Shown piece by piece: positions 57,470-64,000 of a stretch of DNA of 64,000 bases. Position numbers and translations under genes: made by a program. The notes under the pieces are model-generated. The model was not told where the DNA came from. It was given only the letters and a program-made list of their open reading frames with translations, and did no database searches. Source of the DNA: an uncultured Alphaproteobacteria bacterium (GTDB lineage Bacteria > Pseudomonadota > Alphaproteobacteria > HIMB59 > GCA-002718135); NCBI GenBank assembly GCA_902602515.1, contig CACKRG010000006.1:4867-68866 (forward strand), in the 5' to 3' direction. Each line of letters opens with the position of its first letter. Positions within the stretch are counted from its first letter, which is position 1.

Positions 57470-60097
57470 ATGCAGCTTGATAAATTTTTTGATTTTTTAA
57501 AAGATGAAAAAAATCTTTATTCTCAATGGGAGAAATCAAATTGTTTTAAACCACAAAAAGGAGGTGAACCTTATTCTATAATGATGCCGCCACCAAATGT
57601 TACAGGTAGCTTACATATGGGTCATGCTTTAACCTTCACAATTCAAGATATATTAATCAGATACCATAGAATGAAGGGTATGGAAGTATTGTGGCAAGCA
57701 GGGACAGATCATGCAGGAATAGCTACTCAGATGGTGGTTGAAAGAAAATTAAGTGAGTCAAACCTAGATAGACGATCTTTAGGTAGAGAAAAGTTTATTG
57801 AAAAAGTATGGGAATGGAAAAAAGAGTCGGGTGGTCAGATAAGTAATCAATTAAGAAGACTTGGTGCTTCTGCAGATTGGTCAAGAGAAAGGTTCACTAT
57901 GGATGAGGGTCTTTCTAATGCAGTTAAGAAAGTTTTTGTTAATTTATTTAATGATGGAATTATTTATAAAGATAAAAGATTGGTTAATTGGGATCCAAAA
58001 CTTTTAACTGCTATTTCTGATCTTGAAGTAGAGCAAAGAGATACTGAAGGCAGTTTATGGCATATTAAATATCCTATAGATGAAAATAATCATATCATAG
58101 TTGCAACAACAAGACCTGAGACGATGTTAGGAGATACTGCAGTTGCCGTTCATCCAGATGATGAAAAATATAAAAATTTAACTGGCAAATTTTGTAACTT
58201 ACCAATTTCAAATAAAAAAATACCAATCATTGCTGATGAATATGCAGATCCTGAAAAAGGTTCTGGAGCTGTAAAAATTACTCCTGCACATGACTTTAAT
58301 GATTTTGAGGTAGGAAAGAGACATGATTTAGAATTTATTAATATCTTTGATGAAAATGCTAAACTAAACTCAAATGTGCCTGAAGAATTTCAAAATTTAG
58401 ATCGATTTGAAGCAAGAAAACTAATTTTAAAAAAATTAGATGAAATGAATTTATTAATTAAAGAAGAAAAACAGCAAATGGTCATACCATATGGCGATAG
58501 ATCAGGTGTCGTTATTGAGCCATGGCTAACAGATCAATGGTTTTGTGATGCAAAAAAATTATCAGTCGATCCAATATCTGCTGTTAAAGATAATAGTTCT
58601 AAATTTATTCCTAAACAATGGGAAAATACATTTTATAATTGGATGGAAAATATTCAACCGTGGTGTATTTCAAGACAGTTATGGTGGGGACATCAAATTC
58701 CTGCATGGTATGGTCCAGATAATAAATATTTTGTTAGTGAAACTCTCGAAGGGGCGCAAAATCAAGCAAAAGAATTTTATGGAAAGGGTGTTGAGCTTAG
58801 ACAGGATGAAGATGTTCTAGATACTTGGTTTTCTTCTGCTCTATGGACATTCTCTACTTTAGATTGGCCAAATAAAACTTATGAATTAGATAAGTTTTAT
58901 CCTGGCAATGTTTTGGTTACTGGTTTTGATATAATATTTTTTTGGGTTGCGCGGATGATGATGATGGGTTCTTATTTTATGAAGGAGACTCCATTTAAAG
59001 ATATTTATATTCATCCTTTAATACGTGATGAAAAAGGACAAAAAATGTCTAAATCAAAAGGTAACATAATTGATCCTTTAGAGCTATTAGATAAATATGG
59101 CGCTGATACATTGAGATTTACATTAACGGCACTATTAAATCCTGGACGAGATGTAAAATTATCTGAAGCTAGAGTTAAAGGATATAAGTCATTCACAAAT
59201 AAAATTTGGAATGCTGGAAAATTTTTACAAATGAATAATTCAATTTTTATAGATGATATTTCAATAGATACAATTATTTTTGATGCAAACAAATGGATAA
59301 TAAAAGAGTTGAATGATTTGAACATTCAACTTGATGAATTAACTAAAAAGTATTTGTTTCATGAAATAGCCAATAAAATTTATCATTTTGTATGGCATAC
59401 TTATTGTGATTGGTACATTGAAATTATTAAACAAAATTTTGAAAATGAAAAATTTGCTGATGAAATTAAAAAAGTTTCTGGATGGACATTTATTCAAGTT
59501 TTAAAGATCATACATCCTATTATGCCATTTATTAGTGAAAAATTATGGAGAACTTTAGTTGATGATAAGTCATATTTAATGAACCAAGTTTTTCAAAATT
59601 ATACAACAAATAATTCTTTTAATAATTCTAAAAAAAACTTCGAAATATTCATTGAATTCATAACATCTATAAGAAATTTGAGATCAGAACTAAACATACC
59701 CTATAAACAATTAATTAATATCTCCATAGAAGCAAAAAACGAAGAACTTAATAATTTTCTAATTGCCTATAAAAATGAAATAAGTAATTTTTTAAAAACC
59801 AAAGATATAAGTTTTGATAAAATTCAACCTAATAAGAATTCAGCTTTAATTGTATTAAGATCATTGTCAGTTTTAATCCCTTTGGATGGTATTATTGACT
59901 CAGAAGCAGAACTTAAAAAATTAAATAAAAAAAAGCAAGTTGAGCAAGAAAAATTTAATAAAGTTAATGACAAATTAAACAATGATAATTTTATGAATAA
60001 AGCATCAGAAGAAATTATTAATAAATTTAAAAATGAGGCAAATATTTATAAATCTTCTATTGAAAAAATTGATCAAATAATAAATACTATCAAATAG
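57470..60097 (+). CDS. valS: Valine-tRNA ligase
   Basis: [29 protein letters not shown]. Confidence 0.98.
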   Translation: MQLDKFFDFLKDEKNLYSQWEKSNCFKPQKGGEPYSIMMPPPNVTGSLHMGHALTFTIQDILIRYHRMKGMEVLWQAGTDHAGIATQMVVERKLSESNLDRRSLGREKFIEKVWEWKKESGGQISNQLRRLGASADWSRERFTMDEGLSNAVKKVFVNLFNDGIIYKDKRLVNWDPKLLTAISDLEVEQRDTEGSLWHIKYPIDENNHIIVATTRPETMLGDTAVAVHPDDEKYKNLTGKFCNLPISNKKIPIIADEYADPEKGSGAVKITPAHDFNDFEVGKRHDLEFINIFDENAKLNSNVPEEFQNLDRFEARKLILKKLDEMNLLIKEEKQQMVIPYGDRSGVVIEPWLTDQWFCDAKKLSVDPISAVKDNSSKFIPKQWENTFYNWMENIQPWCISRQLWWGHQIPAWYGPDNKYFVSETLEGAQNQAKEFYGKGVELRQDEDVLDTWFSSALWTFSTLDWPNKTYELDKFYPGNVLVTGFDIIFFWVARMMMMGSYFMKETPFKDIYIHPLIRDEKGQKMSKSKGNIIDPLELLDKYGADTLRFTLTALLNPGRDVKLSEARVKGYKSFTNKIWNAGKFLQMNNSIFIDDISIDTIIFDANKWIIKELNDLNIQLDELTKKYLFHEIANKIYHFVWHTYCDWYIEIIKQNFENEKFADEIKKVSGWTFIQVLKIIHPIMPFISEKLWRTLVDDKSYLMNQVFQNYTTNNSFNNSKKNFEIFIEFITSIRNLRSELNIPYKQLINISIEAKNEELNNFLIAYKNEISNFLKTKDISFDKIQPNKNSALIVLRSLSVLIPLDGIIDSEAELKKLNKKKQVEQEKFNKVNDKLNNDNFMNKASEEIINKFKNEANIYKSSIEKIDQIINTIK

Positions 60098-60098
60098 A

Positions 60099-61829
60099 AT
60101 GGAAGACAAGGGATCAAATAGAAAATCTAATCTACCTAGTAGATATGTTAGTGTAGGACCTAAAAGTGCACCTCATAGATCTTATTATTATGCTATGGGT
60201 TTGAAAGAACATGAAATTTATCAACCATTTGTTGGTGTTGTCAGCACTTGGAATGAATCAGCTCCTTGCAACATTACTCTTCAAGATCAAGCGCAACATG
60301 TTAAGACAGGTGTCAAAGATGCTGGAGGAACACCAAGAGAATTTACTACTATAACAGTAACAGATGGAATTGCCATGGGCCATGAGGCAATGAAATCCTC
60401 TCTTATTAGTAGAGAGGTAATTGCAGATTCCATTGAATTATCTGTGAGAGGTCATTGTTATGATGCAATAGTTGGACTTGCTGGCTGTGATAAATCTTTG
60501 CCAGGTTTAATGATGGCTATGGTTAGATTAAACGTACCATCTGTATTCATTTATGGAGGTTCGATCTTACCAGGAAAATACAAGGGTAAAGATGTTACTG
60601 TTATTGATGTTTTTGAAGCTGTAGGAAAACATGCTGCTGGAACTATTTCAGATCAAGATTTAAAGGATATTGAACAAGTTGCTTGTCCATCTGCTGGATC
60701 GTGTGGAGGTCAGTTTACAGCAAATACAATGGCATGTATTTCCGAAGCAGTTGGTTTAGCTCTAACAAATTCAGCTATGCCACCAGCAGTAAATACTGAA
60801 GAACGAAAAGCTTACGGGGAAAAAAGTGGTAAAGCTATAATGAATTTACTAGAAAAAAATATAAGACCAAGGGATATAGTAACTATTGATTCATTAGTAA
60901 ACGCTGCAAGAGTAGTTGCAGCTACTGGAGGTTCAACTAATGCAGCACTCCATCTTCCTGCGATAGCTAATGAAGCAGGTTTAAAATTTACATTACGAGA
61001 TGTTGTAGAAATTTATAATTCAACCCCTTATATTGGAGATATGCAACCTGGTGGAAAGTACGTTGCTAAAGATTTATATGATGTAGGAGGTGTGCCAGTT
61101 GTTATTAAATCTTTATTAGATGGTGGTTATATAAATGGAGACTGCATAACTGTTACAGGAAAAACAATAGCAGAAAATCATAAAGAAGTAATATTCCCTA
61201 CAAATCAAGATGTTGTTTATAAATGTGATAATCCAATTAGTAAAAATAGTTCAGTCGTAGGGTTGTGGGGTAATCTTGCTCCAGATGGGTGTATATCAAA
61301 AATCGCAGGTTTAAAAAATTTAACTTTTAAAGGAAAAGCTAAATGTTTTGACTCAGAAGAAGATGCCTTAACTGCAGTTTTAAAAAATGAAATTAAAGCA
61401 GGAGATGCAGTAATAATTAGATATGAAGGCCCTAAGGGAGGACCTGGTATGCGTGAAATGCTTTCAACAACAGGCGCGATATATGGGCAAGGATTAGGTG
61501 AAACTGTTGCTTTAATAACAGATGGAAGGTTTTCAGGGGGCACAAGAGGATTTTGTATTGGTCATGTTGGACCAGAAGCAGCTGTAGGAGGTATGATAGG
61601 TTTACTTAAAGATGGGGATGAAATTATTATTGATGCCGTTAAAGGCGAAATCAACGTTATACTTTCAGATCAAGAAATAGAAAATAGAAAAAAAGATTGG
61701 AAACCAAGAAAAACTAATCATAATTCCGGATCTATATGGAAATATTCGCAAACTGTTGGTCCAGCTTACGAGGGTGCGGTTACTCAACCTGGAGCAAAAA
61801 ACGAAACACATACTTACGCTGATATCTAA
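60099..61829 (+). CDS. ilvD: Dihydroxy-acid dehydratase
   Basis: [33 protein letters not shown]. Confidence 0.96.
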   Translation: MEDKGSNRKSNLPSRYVSVGPKSAPHRSYYYAMGLKEHEIYQPFVGVVSTWNESAPCNITLQDQAQHVKTGVKDAGGTPREFTTITVTDGIAMGHEAMKSSLISREVIADSIELSVRGHCYDAIVGLAGCDKSLPGLMMAMVRLNVPSVFIYGGSILPGKYKGKDVTVIDVFEAVGKHAAGTISDQDLKDIEQVACPSAGSCGGQFTANTMACISEAVGLALTNSAMPPAVNTEERKAYGEKSGKAIMNLLEKNIRPRDIVTIDSLVNAARVVAATGGSTNAALHLPAIANEAGLKFTLRDVVEIYNSTPYIGDMQPGGKYVAKDLYDVGGVPVVIKSLLDGGYINGDCITVTGKTIAENHKEVIFPTNQDVVYKCDNPISKNSSVVGLWGNLAPDGCISKIAGLKNLTFKGKAKCFDSEEDALTAVLKNEIKAGDAVIIRYEGPKGGPGMREMLSTTGAIYGQGLGETVALITDGRFSGGTRGFCIGHVGPEAAVGGMIGLLKDGDEIIIDAVKGEINVILSDQEIENRKKDWKPRKTNHNSGSIWKYSQTVGPAYEGAVTQPGAKNETHTYADI

Positions 61830-61831
61830 TA

Positions 61832-62617
61832 TTAATTAATTAATTCAATTGTAACTGGTGTGTGATCAGAAGCTTTTTCCCAACCTCTTGGTTCACGATT
61901 AACTTTAACTGATTTAATCAAATCAGTTATTTCTGGTGTAGTGAGAAAATGATCAATTCTAAGACCATTACCTTTTTGCCAGTTTCCACCTCTATAACCC
62001 CAAAAAGTCCAGTTTGTATTCCCATCAACAAAGTATTTAACGGTGTCAACAAAACCTAAATTTAAAAGATTTCTAAATTTTTCTCTAGTTAATGGATGAG
62101 CACATGCATCATTTTTAAAATTTTCAGGTGAATAAACATCCTCATCGTTTGGTATTACATTAAAATCTCCACCTATAATTATTGGCTGTTTATTATCAAT
62201 TAATTCTTTGATATATTTATTAAAATTTATCATCCAATCAATTTTGTAATCAAACTTTTCAGTTTCAATTGGATTTCCATTTGGTAGATAAATATTTATT
62301 AATTTAATTTTATTTTTTATATTTTTGAGAGATATTTCTGTTTCAATAAATCTTGCATTTAAATCTTTGTAATTAGGAATATTTAAATTTGAAATTTTAA
62401 TATTTTCTTTACTGAGTATAGCTACTCCATTCCAAGCTTTTTGTCCATTTACATAACACTTATAATTAATATTCTCTAATTGCTCATTAGGAAAGCTTTC
62501 ATTTGTGCATTTTAATTCTTGAATTAAATATAAATCTGACTGATCTTTAATTATAAATTTAATTAAATGTTCAATTCTTGCATTAACAGAATTAACATTC
62601 CAAGTTGTAATTTTCAT
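61832..62617 (-). CDS. xth: Exodeoxyribonuclease III
   Basis: TWNVNS, QELK, YLPNG, GDFN, RIDH, SDHTP. Confidence 0.95.
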   Translation of the reverse strand: MKITTWNVNSVNARIEHLIKFIIKDQSDLYLIQELKCTNESFPNEQLENINYKCYVNGQKAWNGVAILSKENIKISNLNIPNYKDLNARFIETEISLKNIKNKIKLINIYLPNGNPIETEKFDYKIDWMINFNKYIKELIDNKQPIIIGGDFNVIPNDEDVYSPENFKNDACAHPLTREKFRNLLNLGFVDTVKYFVDGNTNWTFWGYRGGNWQKGNGLRIDHFLTTPEITDLIKSVKVNREPRGWEKASDHTPVTIELIN

Positions 62618-62944
62618 TTATATTGAAAAAGAGGTTCCGCACCCACAAGATGAGGAAGCCAGTGGATTAGAAATTTTAAATGATGATCCAATCAATTCAT
62701 TAACATAATCAATTTTTGATCCCTTAATTAATTCAATTGAGGTTTTGTCTATCAATACATCTGCATTTTTATAATTGAATACCAAATCATCTTCATTTGG
62801 TTTATCAGAAAAATCAAATTTATATTGAAATCCAGCACAGCCACCACCAAGAACAGTAATTCTAAAAAATTTAGATTTTTCAGAAATTAAAATTTTGTTA
62901 ATTTGATTTTGGGCACTTTTTGTTACTTCAATTATATTGTCCAT
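62618..62944 (-). CDS. erpA: A-type Fe-S carrier ErpA/IscA
   Basis: GGGCAGFQY, CGCGTSF. Confidence 0.9.
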   Translation of the reverse strand: MDNIIEVTKSAQNQINKILISEKSKFFRITVLGGGCAGFQYKFDFSDKPNEDDLVFNYKNADVLIDKTSIELIKGSKIDYVNELIGSSFKISNPLASSSCGCGTSFSI

Positions 62945-63000
62945 TTGTTTAAATCTTGTTATTAGTTAGTTAAAAAAACAACTATAATACAATTTTCCTT

Positions 63001-64000
63001 ATGTTTAAACACTTAGCTGCAAATCCTAATAAATCAATCGGTAGGTTGTATATTGAAAAAGATACAGACCTTAGAAATCCTTTTGAAAGAGATAGAGCCA
63101 GAGTAATACACTCTAATTCATTTAGAAAACTTAAATATAAAACCCAAGTTTTTATTGAAAGTGAAAGTGATTATTATCGCACAAGACTTACTCACTCACT
63201 TGAAGTAGCACAAATAACTAGATCAATTTGTAGATTACTAAATTTAAATGAAGATTTAGGTGAAACAGTAGCTCTTGCACATGATTTAGGTCATCCTCCT
63301 TTTGGTCATATTGGTGAGGATGCCTTAGATTATTGCATGACTAATTTTGGAGGTTTTAATCATAATGATCAAACTCTTAGAGTTTTAACAACATTAGAAA
63401 AAAGACACCCAGATTTTGATGGATTAAATTTAACTTGGGAAAGCCTTGAAGGCATAGTTAAACACAATGGCATTATTACAGATAATTTTCCATATCATTT
63501 GGAAAAATATAATTACATACATAATTTAAAATTAAATTTACAGCCATTATTAGAGTCTCAAATTGCTAGTATTTCTGATGACGTTGCATATAATAATCAC
63601 GATGTTGAAGATGCAATAAGAGCTGATTTAATAAATTTAGAACAATTAAAGGAAATATATTTTTTTAAAAAAATTATAGAAAATCTTCAGCAACATCATA
63701 AAAATATATCTGAAAAACAATTAGTTTATCAAGTATTAAGAAATTCGATGTCAAATATGATTAATGATATATATATAACAACAAAAAAAAATTTAGATGA
63801 AAAGGTTAATTCTATAAATGATATTAAGCAAAAAAATAATTTTATCGTTTCTTTTTCAGATCAAATGAAAAAAAATTGTAATATAATTAAGTTGTTTTTA
63901 TTTACATCTGTATATAACCACAATAAATTATTGAGAAAAAGAAATTATTCAAAAGATGTAGTAATTTCATTATTCAATTATTTTAAAATAAATAATAATA
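63001..64000 (+). CDS. dgt: dGTP triphosphohydrolase (3' end beyond the window)
   Basis: Not in ORF track. From ATG 63001: ...FERDRARVIHSNSFRKLKYKTQVF...RTRLTHSLEVA...HDLGHPPFGH... Confidence 0.93.
   Translation, partial: MFKHLAANPNKSIGRLYIEKDTDLRNPFERDRARVIHSNSFRKLKYKTQVFIESESDYYRTRLTHSLEVAQITRSICRLLNLNEDLGETVALAHDLGHPPFGHIGEDALDYCMTNFGGFNHNDQTLRVLTTLEKRHPDFDGLNLTWESLEGIVKHNGIITDNFPYHLEKYNYIHNLKLNLQPLLESQIASISDDVAYNNHDVEDAIRADLINLEQLKEIYFFKKIIENLQQHHKNISEKQLVYQVLRNSMSNMINDIYITTKKNLDEKVNSINDIKQKNNFIVSFSDQMKKNCNIIKLFLFTSVYNHNKLLRKRNYSKDVVISLFNYFKINNN

Noticed and set aside
1659-61543. Short antisense or out-of-frame ORFs in the track (e.g. 1659-1880, 6836-7063, 21616-21945, 36479-36775, 42833-43153, 59011-59325, 61217-61543)
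   Set aside because: They lie within or across well-supported genes and show no motifs; shadow ORFs.
1-64000. CRISPR arrays, IS elements, integrases, prophage, or att duplications at tRNA 3' ends
   Set aside because: No repeat-spacer periodicity, transposase/integrase ORFs or duplicated tRNA ends seen by eye; short degenerate repeats could have been missed.

Overview
Very AT-rich, densely packed chromosomal segment of a streamlined marine alphaproteobacterium (inferred from pcm-tolC-popZ-valS, rpmF-plsX-ihfA-MerR, aapJQMP/metC and xth-erpA/dgt synteny, Irr, and a GAAC-N7-GAAC LexA box; a SAR11/HIMB59-like lifestyle is plausible but unproven). About 60 CDS, mostly housekeeping: gcdH (partial), rpiB-glyA-nrdR-ribD-ribE-ribH-nusB-thiL, K+-independent H+-PPase, a blue-tuned DTE proteorhodopsin, rplM-rpsI-argC-hom-recJ, thiBP with a minimal TPP riboswitch, aapJQMP, umuDC, valS, ilvD and dgt (partial). 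There are five tRNAs (Glu, Pro, Arg, Asn, Cys). Accessory-looking blocks follow tRNA-Pro (SulP, Zn-ADH, YtoQ, methyltransferase, ade-GATase-MOSC-CUT1 ABC-PTP-apt) and tRNA-Arg (GFA-iolC-iolB-aldolase-nucleosidase-cupin). I saw no CRISPR, IS or integrase, and nothing here is provably a new system. Best leads: a possible purine/nucleoside scavenging operon, an SD-sequestering two-state hairpin in the rhodopsin leader, an IHF-alpha with a ~21-aa insertion, a nearly linker-less PopZ, a TPP aptamer that appears to include both SD and AUG, and two ABC importers with no local ATPase. All family assignments come from motif recognition by eye; no database search was run.
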